A stretch of DNA of 64,000 nucleotides, taken from assembly GCA_022843175.1 (NCBI GenBank), contig JALHOE010000007.1, forward strand, positions 20,675 to 84,674. The letters run 5' to 3'. Position numbers and translations under genes: made by a program. The notes below the pieces were generated by a model that worked only from the letters and a program-made list of their open reading frames with translations, ran no database searches and had not been told where the DNA came from. Below are positions 30,460 through 39,692 of this stretch, one piece after another (the first letter of the stretch is position 1; each line of letters begins with the position of its first letter). Source of the stretch: Deltaproteobacteria bacterium (GTDB lineage Bacteria; Myxococcota_A; Polyangia; Polyangiales; JADJMO01).

Positions 30460-30921
30460 CGTGTCGTACGAGTCGCGCGTGCGCGCGAAGGCTTCGATGC
30501 GCGCCGTCAGCCACGCGCGGTGCCGCAGCCAGACGTTCGTCTGGTCGCGGATCGCCGGCTCGAGCGACGGGGGAACCTCTCGCAGCGCCGACTGATAGCG
30601 CCGCACCGCGACCTCCGCGTTGTTGCGGATCACGCGGAGCACGGCGGTCGAGCCCCGCCGGCCCTCGAACCCGCGTCCCTCGGAGACGAGCCCCGTCTCG
30701 GTCGCGCTCCGCGGCGATGGCAGCTTTGACAGCATCTGGTCGAGCGCCGCGCGATGCTCCTCGTGCTCAGCGATCATCGAGAGGAGCTGGCCCCGCGTCA
30801 GCGGCTCGTCCGGCAGCCGGTCCACGGCCTTCCGACACGCAGCGGCGGCGTCGATCTCGATGCGCCGGAGCTCATCGAGAAGGGCCGGAAGGTCCCGGTT
30901 TCGGTCGCGTGCGAATCGCAT
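30451..30921 (-). CDS. Hypothetical four-helix-bundle protein (possibly DUF2383/ferritin-like)
   Basis: 156 aa. High G/C at codon position 3 across the whole frame. Helical heptad-like sequence. The family assignment is from memory only. Confidence 0.5.
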   Translation of the reverse strand: MRFARDRNRDLPALLDELRRIEIDAAAACRKAVDRLPDEPLTRGQLLSMIAEHEEHRAALDQMLSKLPSPRSATETGLVSEGRGFEGRRGSTAVLRVIRNNAEVAVRRYQSALREVPPSLEPAIRDQTNVWLRHRAWLTARIEAFARTRDSYDTLS

Positions 30922-31173
30922 GGAGCTCCCGTGGATGAGTCGAGTGACGTCAGCAATGGCAGCAAGGCTGTCACTGCACGAGCACAGAAACGTCTACGCA
31001 ACCCGCGATCCAACGACGGCTGCGCACCGTCTACGCAGCCGGAACCAGACAGTCGTCCACAGGTCAACACGAAAAGAAACGATTGGGTGACAAGGCGAAT
31101 AAGCTAGCGATGTCATGTGTTTGCAGGAGTTGAAAACAGGTCCGTCACAGCGGCCGGCAAATCCATCGACAAG

Positions 31174-31182
31174 TTATCCACA
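31174..31182 (+). promoter_or_regulatory. Perfect DnaA-box consensus TTATCCACA
   Basis: Exact 9-mer in the AT-richer 355-bp intergenic region. A related TCGTCCACA lies at 31053-31061, and both are followed by GG. Confidence 0.3.
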
Positions 31183-31276
31183 GGCCTCGCGCGCCGGCTC
31201 GCACCTCCAGGTGCTACCCGCCGTTCGCAGGGTCCCCATCGACGGGCCTCGGCCGTCACGGTACCGACGAGGAGCC

Positions 31277-32164
31277 ATGGTGCTTCGCCCCCTGCTCGCT
31301 GTTTCGCTCGCGTTCACTCTGGGTTGTGGAGCGGCCAAGCCGCCGCAGTCCGCGATGCCCGACGCAAAGTCCGCGCTCCTGCGCCTCGACGCCACCTATC
31401 AGGACGTCACGGGAATCTCCGGCAGCGCGAAGATCGACTACCTCGGCGACAAGGGGCGCGTCCGTGGCGACGTCTCGGTCCTCGCCAGCGGCCCCTCGCG
31501 CCTGCGCTTCGCGATCACCGCGGACGTGGTGGGCGCCGCGGGCGAGGTCGCCACCGACGGCTTCAAGTTCCAAGCCGACGACAAGGGCCACGGCCGCTAC
31601 ATCGTCGGGCCCGCGAAGCCGTGCAACATCGCGCGGATCACCCAGGTCCCGCTCCCGCTCGAGGAGCTGGTCCCGATGCTGTGGGGCATGCGCCCGCACC
31701 TCGAGGGGCCGATCCAGTGCGACTCCATCGAGTGGGCCGACGGGCACTACCGGCTGATGATGAGCCGGAAGACGCCCGGCGCGCTGTCGCACGAGCTGCA
31801 CGTCACGCCTTACCCCGCCGACTGGGACAAGCCGTGGGCGCAGCAGCGGCTACGGCTGCTCGGGGTCTATGCGTGGTCGAGCGACTCGTCGCTCGTCTAC
31901 CGCGTGACGATGAAGGACCACCAGGCGACGTCCACCGCGAAGCCGATCAGCGATCCCGACGGCCTCAACCCCGACGTCGCGCCGAGCGGCCCGGTGGTGA
32001 GCGACGTGGAGCTGCCGCGCACCATCCGCGTCGAGGTGCCGAACAAGAAGAGCGACGTCATCTTCAAGTACACCGAGGCGTTCGTGAACCCCCCGCTCAT
32101 CGACAACGCGTTCAGCCTGGTCCTCAAGGAGGGCGTGCCGGTCGAGGAGTCGATCTGCGAGTAG
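31277..32164 (+). CDS. Lipoprotein, unknown function (LolA/LolB-like fold suspected)
   Basis: ATG at 31277 follows GAGGAG. Signal MVLRPLLAVSLAFTLGC. Beta-rich body. Confidence 0.6.
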   Translation: MVLRPLLAVSLAFTLGCGAAKPPQSAMPDAKSALLRLDATYQDVTGISGSAKIDYLGDKGRVRGDVSVLASGPSRLRFAITADVVGAAGEVATDGFKFQADDKGHGRYIVGPAKPCNIARITQVPLPLEELVPMLWGMRPHLEGPIQCDSIEWADGHYRLMMSRKTPGALSHELHVTPYPADWDKPWAQQRLRLLGVYAWSSDSSLVYRVTMKDHQATSTAKPISDPDGLNPDVAPSGPVVSDVELPRTIRVEVPNKKSDVIFKYTEAFVNPPLIDNAFSLVLKEGVPVEESICE

Positions 32165-32179
32165 GCCGCTGGACCGAGA

Positions 32180-32815
32180 CTAGCGGACGAACGGGTTGCT
32201 GCGCTTCTCGGCGCCCACGGTCGTGTCGGGGCCGTGGCCGCAGATGACGCGCGTGGGGTCGGGGAGCGTGAACAGACGGTTCTTGATCGACGCGATCAGC
32301 GCGTCGTGATCGCCGCCCCACAGATCGGTGCGGCCGACTCCGCGCTGGAACAACGTGTCGCCCGCGAGGAGCAGCGTGGCGTCGCCGGCGGTGATCTCGA
32401 AGCAGCACGAGCCCGGCGTATGTCCCGGCGTGTGGATGACGTGGACGTCGAGCGCGCCGATCTTGATCACCTCGTCGTCCACGAGGAAGGTGTCGAGCTC
32501 GGCCTGCTCGGGCGGCGCGCCGAGGCCGAGCATCGCAGCCTGGATCGGGAGGATCGAGTAGAGGAATTGGTCGCCCTCGTGGATGCGCGCGGCCGCGTCG
32601 CTCTTGCGCTGGAGCGCGGCGGTGGCGCCGACGTGATCGATATGGGTGTGGGTGTGGACGATCGCGCGCGTGATCGCGCCGTGCCGCGCGAGGCGGCGCT
32701 CGATCTCGGCGAGGTCGCCGCCGGGATCGACGACCAGCGCGTGCTTGGTCGCCTCGTCGACCACGAGGGTGCAGTTGCAGCCGAGCGGGCCCGCGGCGAA
32801 CGACTCCAGGATCAT
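32180..32815 (-). CDS. MBL-fold metallo-hydrolase (glyoxalase II-like)
   Basis: 211 aa. HTHTHIDHVGA (HxHxDH motif), HTPGHTPGS, GDTLF...GRTD, GHG. Confidence 0.85.
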   Translation of the reverse strand: MILESFAAGPLGCNCTLVVDEATKHALVVDPGGDLAEIERRLARHGAITRAIVHTHTHIDHVGATAALQRKSDAAARIHEGDQFLYSILPIQAAMLGLGAPPEQAELDTFLVDDEVIKIGALDVHVIHTPGHTPGSCCFEITAGDATLLLAGDTLFQRGVGRTDLWGGDHDALIASIKNRLFTLPDPTRVICGHGPDTTVGAEKRSNPFVR

Positions 32816-32853
32816 TCGGGGGAAATAGCACGGGATTGCGATAGGCTCCGCGG

Positions 32854-33738
32854 ATGCGGTGGGCGCTCCTGTCGTTGACCCTCCTCGGCTGCCAGGGCGA
32901 GGCCGTGGGCGAAGCCGTCGACGGCGGGAGCGACACCTCGACCGAGACCGCGACCGACACCTCGGCCGACACCTCGACCGAGACCGCGCCGACGCTCGAC
33001 ACCTCGGCCGAGACCGCGGCGCCCGACACTCCCCCTTCGGATGCGTGGCCGGCTGGCTCGACCGTGACGAGCCCGGGCTGCGGCACGCGGCCGGGGCCGA
33101 AGATGGTGCGGCTCGACGCGGCGAGCCCGTTCTGCATCGACACCACCGAGGTGACCAACGCCCAGTACGACGCGTTCCTCGCCTCCGCCAAACCCACCCC
33201 GCCGAGCTATTGCTTCACGCCGGTCTACGGCTCCTCCGAGACGGCGCTCGTCGGGCCCAACAAGCCGCGCACCAACGTGCCGTGGTGTGTGGCGTTCCAG
33301 TACTGCGCGTGGGCGGGCAAGCGCCTCTGCGGAAAGGTCGGCGGCGGTCACGCGTCGGTCACGACGTACACCTCCGCCACCGAGTCGCAGTGGTCGTACG
33401 CGTGCCGTCAGGGCAGCAAGAACACGAACTATCCGTACGGCCCCGTGGTGGACTCGAGCAAGTGCGTCGTGTCGGGCCCCATCGCCGACGTCGCGAGCAA
33501 GGCGGGGTGCACCGGGGAGAGCGCGCCGTTCAACCAGATCTTCGATCTCTCCGGCAACGCCGGCGAGTGGAGCGACGCCTGCGATCGCTACGAGGGAACG
33601 CTCGTCGAGGACGGCCGCGCGTGCGCGGTGCGCGGCGGCTGGACCAACAACGACCGTCATGACTGCGATCAGCCGTTGGTCTCGACCGTGATGTATCGCG
33701 CCGAGGACCTCAGCTTTCGCTGCTGCGTCGATCTGTAG
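32854..33738 (+). CDS. Formylglycine-generating-enzyme (SUMF1/FGE-sulfatase) domain lipoprotein
   Basis: Signal MRWALLSLTLLGC. D/T/S/E-rich linker. FCIDTTEVTNAQYDAFL, PRTNVPWCVAFQYCAWAGKRLC, SQWSYACR, GNAGEWSD, VRGGW. Confidence 0.8.
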   Translation: MRWALLSLTLLGCQGEAVGEAVDGGSDTSTETATDTSADTSTETAPTLDTSAETAAPDTPPSDAWPAGSTVTSPGCGTRPGPKMVRLDAASPFCIDTTEVTNAQYDAFLASAKPTPPSYCFTPVYGSSETALVGPNKPRTNVPWCVAFQYCAWAGKRLCGKVGGGHASVTTYTSATESQWSYACRQGSKNTNYPYGPVVDSSKCVVSGPIADVASKAGCTGESAPFNQIFDLSGNAGEWSDACDRYEGTLVEDGRACAVRGGWTNNDRHDCDQPLVSTVMYRAEDLSFRCCVDL

Positions 33739-34096
33739 CGGGGCGTCGGCTCGGGCCGACGGTTGAAAAACCTCGCGTTCGTTCCTAGGGTCATCCCATG
33801 CGAGGCGCACTCGGACAGTCCACGCGCTGGCTCGCGGGAGCGAACAACGTTCGCCCCCGTTGGAGCCACCGTACTGCTCGATCCACGTGCACGGCCTGGC
33901 TTGGTGTCTCGTCGCGGCGCCGCTCCCTGTAGCGCCCGCGACGTATCGCACACGCCCCCTCGCGCGCGCCCGATCGGGCTGCGCGCAACGACGCCACGCG
34001 CACGAGCGCGTCGGCGTTCACCCCGAATATCAATCGTCGCGCGTCCGCGCGCGCGGCCCCGTCGCGCGTCGTCGCGCGCTGCCCAGTGGAGTCGTC

Positions 34097-34519
34097 ATGG
34101 ACCAACCGAACGGCTGGATGCCGCCCGTTTTTGTGCTGGAGCAAGAGCTCGAACAACTCACCTCGCTGCTCGATAGTCGCTTCGGCGAGCGTTACCCCGA
34201 GGAGACCGACGCGCTGCGTGCCGAGCTCGAACGCGCGGTCGTGATGCGCGCCGACTGGATCTCGAGCGACGTGGTACGGATGCACGCGCGGGTCGAGTAC
34301 CTCGACGTGGCGTCGGGCCGGAGCAACCGCGTGACGATCGTGTTTCCGTGGGAAGCCGATCTCACCAACGGCCGCGTCAGCATCCTCGCGCCGCTCGGCA
34401 CCGCGCTGTTCGGGTTGCGCGTCGGCGACGCGATCCGATGGAGCACGCCGTCGGGCCGTCTCCACGTCTGGCGCGTGCTCGACGTACAGGACGTGCAGGA
34501 AGAGGAGCACGCGTCATGA
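34097..34519 (+). CDS. Rnk-like GreA/GreB C-terminal-domain protein, copy 1
   Basis: ATG at 34097. VSILAPLGTALFGLRVGDAIRWSTPSGR...VLDVQ is typical of nucleoside-diphosphate-kinase-regulator (Rnk) family proteins. Confidence 0.75.
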   Translation: MDQPNGWMPPVFVLEQELEQLTSLLDSRFGERYPEETDALRAELERAVVMRADWISSDVVRMHARVEYLDVASGRSNRVTIVFPWEADLTNGRVSILAPLGTALFGLRVGDAIRWSTPSGRLHVWRVLDVQDVQEEEHAS

Positions 34520-34947
34520 TGGAGCTCGTCCCACGCTCGGCGATGCTCGTCACGCGCAGCAACGCGCGGCACCTTCGCCTGCTCGCCCGGATGGCCATCG
34601 CCGAGGAGCTCGGCCGCGAGCTCGTGGCGCTCTACGAGAAGCTGGACACCGCGATCCTGGTCGACGACGAGAAGATCCCGCGCGGCGTCGTGACGCTCGG
34701 CTCCTCGGTCGTCTTCTACGACCCGCGGAGCGAGACCGAGCATCGCGCCGTGCTCTCGTTTCCCTGGAACGCCGCGCCGTCGGCGGGCCGAGTCAGCGTC
34801 GCGTCGCCGCTCGGCGTCGCCCTGCTCGGCAGTCGCATCGGGATGTCGCTCCGCTTCCGGGCGACGGTCGGCTCGGCGCTGACATCGCGGATCGACGTCC
34901 TCGACGTCCCCTATCAACCAGAGTCCTGCGCAGTGGAGACGAGATGA
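34516..34947 (+). CDS. Rnk-like GreA/GreB C-terminal-domain protein, copy 2
   Basis: ATG at 34516 overlaps the copy-1 stop (ATGA). VSVASPLGVALLGSRIGMSLRF...VLDVPYQPE. Confidence 0.75.
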   Translation: MMELVPRSAMLVTRSNARHLRLLARMAIAEELGRELVALYEKLDTAILVDDEKIPRGVVTLGSSVVFYDPRSETEHRAVLSFPWNAAPSAGRVSVASPLGVALLGSRIGMSLRFRATVGSALTSRIDVLDVPYQPESCAVETR

Positions 34948-35141
34948 AGACGAAGTCGATGGTGCTCGGATACGTGGCGACGGTGACCGGGGCGCTCGTC
35001 GCCCTGCTCGCCCTGGCATGCCTCGGACAGACGCCGCCGAACTACGTCGAGACGGCGGTGCTGCTGATCGTCGCCGGCGCGCTGTTCGGCGTCGGTTGGT
35101 ACGGGCTGCGCGCGCGGAGCGACGAGATCACCCAGTCATGA
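34944..35141 (+). CDS. Small two-TM membrane protein (65 aa)
   Basis: ATG overlaps the copy-2 stop (ATGA). Two hydrophobic helices, VLGYVATVTGALVALLALACL and AVLLIVAGALFGVGWYGL. Confidence 0.5.
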   Translation: MKTKSMVLGYVATVTGALVALLALACLGQTPPNYVETAVLLIVAGALFGVGWYGLRARSDEITQS

Positions 35142-37103
35142 ACCCTTGCTGTTGTAGCCGGTGTTCTCGAGCAGGATGACGTTGGTCTTGCTCCGAGTCT
35201 CGCCGACGCTCGTGACGTAGACCGCGGGTGCGTCGACGACCGGGCAGACCTTCTCGCACGCGCCGCAGCCGACGCAGAGGTTCGGGTCGACGACGGGCTT
35301 CTGCACCTTCACCTGCTCGCCCTTGCGATTGATGACCACGTCGTCGAGCGTGTAGATCGCCTTGGGCGACGTGGGGCAGAACTCCTCGCAGACGATGCAC
35401 GGCGTGGCCATCGACCACGGGAGGCACCGCCCCTTGTCGTAGAAGGCGGTGCCGACGCTGATCGGGCGGACCTCCCACTCCTTGCCGTCCATGCCGGGCT
35501 TCCACTTGCCCATCTTCTGGGTCTCGTTGATCTTCTGGATCGCGCCGGTGGGGCAGACGTCTCCGCAGAGCACGCACGACGGCTCGCAGTAGCCGATGCG
35601 CATGATGAAGATCGGCGTCCACATGCCCTCGATGCCGGCCTCCATGAAGGCCGGGTGGAGCGCGTTGTTCGGACAGACCTTCATGCACTCCGCGCAGCGG
35701 ATGCACTTCTCGAGGAACGCGTGCTCGGGCACCGAGCCCGGCGGACGAATCGCCCGCGGGTGGTAGTTCACCTCGGCAGCGGACGCGTCGCTCTGGCGAT
35801 GGAGCACGTAGAACGCGGCGCCCGCGCCCACCGCGGCGAGCGCGGTGCGCCGCTCGGGGACGAGGTCGGTCTGCTCGCTCTTGCGGTTCGGGAAGAAGCG
35901 GAACTTGATGACGTCCTCTGGGCACGCGGCCTCGCAGTTGAGGCACATGTGGCACTCGTCCTGGCGATGCTTGATGCCGCCCTGCGGCGAGTCGGCGCCC
36001 TGGCAGTGAACGAGGCAGAGGTTGCAGTCGGTGCACTTGGCGTGGTCCTTCTCCATGCCGACGATGGAGAACTTCGCCATCACCCCGAGCAGCGCGCCGA
36101 GCGGGCAGAGCGCGCGGCACCAGAAGCGCGGGATGATTCGGTTCATGAACACGATCGCGACGAACGTCGCGCCGATGAACCACGCCTGGTGGAAGTAGAA
36201 CTGCTTGGTCTGGAAGATGTTGTTGGCGAGGACGTCCTGGGTGCGGTCGGCGCCGAGCTGCACGAAGCGGATGTTGGACTCGCTGCCGGCGCCGAGGACG
36301 TGCGCGCTCACCCACTGCATCGCGGGCAGCACCGACAGCCCGACCGCGCGGACCATGACGCAGATGGGATCGAACATGCCGCCGACGACGACACCGACCG
36401 CTGCCGCCGCGAGGAACGCGTAGAGCAGGTAGAACTTGAGCGACTGCCAGCCGTGCGTCTTGTTGGCCTCGACGCGGTTGCCGCCCTTGCCGACCCGCGA
36501 GGGGAACAGCCACGCGGTGAAGTGGTGGAGCGTGCCGAATGGGCAGATCCAGCCGCAGAACACGCGACCGAAGATCACCGTGAGGCCGACCAGACCGAGC
36601 GACCAGAACAGGCCGCGATACAGCGTGTGGCTCGAGAGGAAGGTGATGAGCGCGACGAACGGGTCGGCGAGGAGGAAGCCCTCGACCGGCTGTCCGATGC
36701 GGATGTTCTGCTCCGCGCTGGAGAACGAGCCGCGGAACGCGGTGTTCACGAGCCAGTACATGAAGAGGAAGAAGAAGCCGAACTGGGCGACGCGCCGGAC
36801 CCACACGAGCGTGCGAATCGACGTGCGCGCCTCGATGCCCGAGCCCGAGCGCTTCCTCTTCTTGGTGACGCGCTTCCACAGCGCGCTCAGCCGCGACTCG
36901 CGCGGCTTCTCCACCGGCGTCGTCACCGCCGCGGCCGCAACCGGCGGCGGCGTGACGGCGGCGTTGCTCACCACGCGGAGGTGAAGGACCTTCTTCTCCG
37001 GACTATCGACCTTCTGCGGCGCATCGATGGCAGGCACCTCCCCGACCACCCCGAGCCACGGGATGGGGGCTTCGTGCCCGTTGTCGTCGCGCTTCGCTGC
37101 CAT
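35136..37103 (-). CDS. Integral-membrane polyferredoxin (NapH/MauN-like; multiple 4Fe-4S motifs)
   Basis: 655 aa. CGWICPFG and CPLGALLG membrane motifs. Cys clusters CTDCNLCLVHC, CHMCLNCEAACP, CIRCAECMKVCP, CVLCGDVCP, CIVCEEFCP, CVGCGACEKVCP. Confidence 0.8.
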   Translation of the reverse strand: MAAKRDDNGHEAPIPWLGVVGEVPAIDAPQKVDSPEKKVLHLRVVSNAAVTPPPVAAAAVTTPVEKPRESRLSALWKRVTKKRKRSGSGIEARTSIRTLVWVRRVAQFGFFFLFMYWLVNTAFRGSFSSAEQNIRIGQPVEGFLLADPFVALITFLSSHTLYRGLFWSLGLVGLTVIFGRVFCGWICPFGTLHHFTAWLFPSRVGKGGNRVEANKTHGWQSLKFYLLYAFLAAAAVGVVVGGMFDPICVMVRAVGLSVLPAMQWVSAHVLGAGSESNIRFVQLGADRTQDVLANNIFQTKQFYFHQAWFIGATFVAIVFMNRIIPRFWCRALCPLGALLGVMAKFSIVGMEKDHAKCTDCNLCLVHCQGADSPQGGIKHRQDECHMCLNCEAACPEDVIKFRFFPNRKSEQTDLVPERRTALAAVGAGAAFYVLHRQSDASAAEVNYHPRAIRPPGSVPEHAFLEKCIRCAECMKVCPNNALHPAFMEAGIEGMWTPIFIMRIGYCEPSCVLCGDVCPTGAIQKINETQKMGKWKPGMDGKEWEVRPISVGTAFYDKGRCLPWSMATPCIVCEEFCPTSPKAIYTLDDVVINRKGEQVKVQKPVVDPNLCVGCGACEKVCPVVDAPAVYVTSVGETRSKTNVILLENTGYNSKGS

Positions 37104-37127
37104 CGTTACGGCCGTGATCCCCGTCTC

Positions 37128-38156
37128 CTAGACGGCGAGCTCCCTCACGCGGAGCTTCTCGTAGAACATGGTGCCGATGCCGCGGTCCTGGGCCATTTGC
37201 AGGTAGCCGAGGTTCTCGCGCTTCTGGCCGATGAGCTGGCAGCCCCAGGCGTCGGCCGCGACCTGATCGATCGAGGCGATGACGATGTGCTGCTCCTTGG
37301 CGTCGTCCATGTTGCCGCCCTGCGGACCGTTGCGCATCAGCACCCGCACCGCGTCGACGATGGTGAGCGTGGGGCGCATGAAGGTGGCGAGGTCGGCGAT
37401 GGACGTGTCGATGTTCTGGTGGAGTCGGTTGCGGCGACCGCCGAGCACGCCGTACCAGTTCTTCATGGCCGCGGTGTACTTCGAGAGGTTGTGGTGCTTG
37501 GCGATCGGCACGTTGATCACCTTGTCGGCGTTGACGAGCGGCGTGTACACGGGCCACTCGTCGAGCACGTCTCCCCGGAGACGCATGCCGCGGAACCGAT
37601 GCTCCACCGGCAGCACGACCTCGGCGCCCATGTCGTAGGCAGCCTTCCAGATGCCGGAGCGCTGGAAGCAGCGCGACGGGTCGTTGCACGAGGCGTCGGT
37701 GACGACGACCTTCTTGGCGCCGGCCTCGTAGGCCGCCTTGACCACCGCGGCGACGACGGCCGGGTTGGTGTTGGCCGCGTGGAGCGGCGTGCGGTCCCAG
37801 CCGATGTTGGGCTTGACCGCGACGATGTCGCCGCGGGAGACGAAGCGCTGCATACCGCCCATCGCCGCGATGGCGGCCATGACCAGCTCGGCCGGCGTGG
37901 CGTTGGGCTGCCCCTCGCGCGCGCCGCGCACGATCGCCATGTCGAGCGGGAGGTCGCCCTTCGGTCGGAAGTCGCGGACCTGTCGCGCGCCCTTGGCCTC
38001 GTGCAGACCGAACCCGCCCTTGTCCCAACGCCACTTCGCGAGGGCGGCGGTGCCGGCGATGAGCCCGGTCGCCAGGCCGGCACGCGTGAGCACCTCGCGG
38101 CGAGAGGGGAGCTCGCGCGGGGTTTCGGGAGGCGGCGGCGACTTCTTGGGCGGCAT
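37128..38156 (-). CDS. DUF362-domain protein with twin-arginine (Tat) signal
   Basis: ATG at 38156. SRREVLTRAGLATGLIAGTAALA Tat motif. DIVAVKPNIGWDR, NTNPAVVAAVVKAAYEAGAKKVVVTD. Confidence 0.75.
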   Translation of the reverse strand: MPPKKSPPPPETPRELPSRREVLTRAGLATGLIAGTAALAKWRWDKGGFGLHEAKGARQVRDFRPKGDLPLDMAIVRGAREGQPNATPAELVMAAIAAMGGMQRFVSRGDIVAVKPNIGWDRTPLHAANTNPAVVAAVVKAAYEAGAKKVVVTDASCNDPSRCFQRSGIWKAAYDMGAEVVLPVEHRFRGMRLRGDVLDEWPVYTPLVNADKVINVPIAKHHNLSKYTAAMKNWYGVLGGRRNRLHQNIDTSIADLATFMRPTLTIVDAVRVLMRNGPQGGNMDDAKEQHIVIASIDQVAADAWGCQLIGQKRENLGYLQMAQDRGIGTMFYEKLRVRELAV

Positions 38157-38271
38157 GGGGGGGACCGTGAATCCTACTGTGGAGTCGCGGACCGACGGTA
38201 GTCTTCGGCCCGGGCGGCCCGACGTCCAGCAGAGCAGCACCACGCGCCGCCGCGAGATTCGTCTCGGCGCG

Positions 38272-39504
38272 TCACTTCGGCGCGCTAGCGCTCGGCGCCG
38301 GAGTGGGCGCCGGCGCCTTGGCGAGGAGGGCCTTGAGCTTCGCGATCTTCTCTTCCTTCGTCAGGCGCGGCCAGTCGTCCTTCTTCGCGGGATCGCCGAG
38401 CGCGAGCTCCTCGTCGATCACCGCGAACACGGTGCTGCCGCGACGCGCGGCGACGCCCTCGGCCTTGCCCGCGGCGCCGGCGCCGCCCTGCCCGACGTTG
38501 AACGGGAAGTGCCACGCCTCGTCGGAGAACTCCTTGGCCTCCTTGATCGGCACCACGCCCGGCATCTTGGAGAACGCGGCGATCGCGTCGCGCGCGGCGT
38601 CCTTCTCCTCGCGCGCGACGGCGATCACGCGATAGCGCTTCTTTCCGTCGCGCATGAACGCGGTCGCGTAGGCGCCGATGTTGAGGAACAGCGCGTCGCC
38701 CTTGCCCTCCGGCTTCTTGAACTTGGCGGGCACGTAGTCGATGCCGAGCGGCACCCGACCCTCGGTCTCACCGGGGAGCACGCGCACGTCGGCCGGCGGG
38801 TCCGTCGCGCCGACGATCTTGTCGCCGATCGCGGTGACCATCTCCTGCAGGACCTTGTCGGCCGACGCGAGCGCCTCGGCCTCGGGCTTGCTCGGATCGG
38901 GGCTGAACGTGAGCTCGACGAGGTAGTTGCCGCGCCAGAGGTACGCGTTGCCCTTGCCCATCGCCGCCGCGCCGCCGCCCTTGATTGCGCGCGGCGGCGT
39001 GCGGCCCTGGGACTTGGCGGCCTCGGGATCCGGATCCTTGTTGGCGACGACCTGGTAGGTGAAGAGCGCGTACGCGTTCTCGGGCTTGTCGAAGGTGCTG
39101 AGGTTGATCTCGACCTCTTCGCCGTTGCCCTTCTCGTTCACGTAATGCACGCGGTCGTAGCGCTTCGCGTAGTAGTTGTGCGCGTAGATCTCGCCCTGCC
39201 CGTCGATCACGTCGGACACGTCCTCGATCTTCTTCGAGGTGCCCTCGCCGAACGACTGCACCTGGTCGGTCTTGCGCACGCAGTAGCTGCCGACGCTGGG
39301 CGGGAGGATCGCGGCGATCTTCGCGTCGGCGATCCCGACGCCGCCGGGCTCGCACAACGACTTCGCGCCCGCGCTGCCGCTCCCGCCCGCCGCTGCCGGC
39401 GGCGGAGGGGGCGTGCCCTGCGGCCCCTGCTTCTCCTCTTTGCAGCCACCCGCGATCGAGAGGACGACAACGGATGCGAACAGCGACGGAATGGCGATAC
39501 GCAT
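38272..39504 (-). CDS. Lipoprotein, unknown function
   Basis: ATG at 39504. Signal MRIAIPSLFASVVVLSIAGGC. Pro/Gly linker. Body of about 370 aa with no motif I recognise. Confidence 0.6.
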   Translation of the reverse strand: MRIAIPSLFASVVVLSIAGGCKEEKQGPQGTPPPPPAAAGGSGSAGAKSLCEPGGVGIADAKIAAILPPSVGSYCVRKTDQVQSFGEGTSKKIEDVSDVIDGQGEIYAHNYYAKRYDRVHYVNEKGNGEEVEINLSTFDKPENAYALFTYQVVANKDPDPEAAKSQGRTPPRAIKGGGAAAMGKGNAYLWRGNYLVELTFSPDPSKPEAEALASADKVLQEMVTAIGDKIVGATDPPADVRVLPGETEGRVPLGIDYVPAKFKKPEGKGDALFLNIGAYATAFMRDGKKRYRVIAVAREEKDAARDAIAAFSKMPGVVPIKEAKEFSDEAWHFPFNVGQGGAGAAGKAEGVAARRGSTVFAVIDEELALGDPAKKDDWPRLTKEEKIAKLKALLAKAPAPTPAPSASAPK

Positions 39505-39692
39505 GAGCCCGAAGTACCACATAGAGCCCGGCGCCGCGGCGCGCGGCATGCTCTCGTGCCGCCCTTGAACCTTTTGCGTACCGCCGCAAGAGGTTCCCCC
39601 TCGGCCGACCCCCGACCGGCGATTCGCCCGGCGATCCGGGGGGGACACCCCGCAAGGGTTGCGGCACATGGCTTGCTGTCTTGCCCCCCGGC

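Noticed and set aside
30922-31276. Chromosomal replication origin
   Set aside because: There is only one perfect and one degenerate DnaA box, no AT-rich unwinding repeats, and no dnaA, dnaN or gyrB nearby.
33739-34096. Protein-coding potential of the 358-bp gap (ORFs 33763-34176, 33669-33953 and 33791-34510)
   Set aside because: All candidates are Arg/Pro/Ala-rich, overlap the Rnk-like gene in the wrong frame or strand, and lack ribosome-binding sites.
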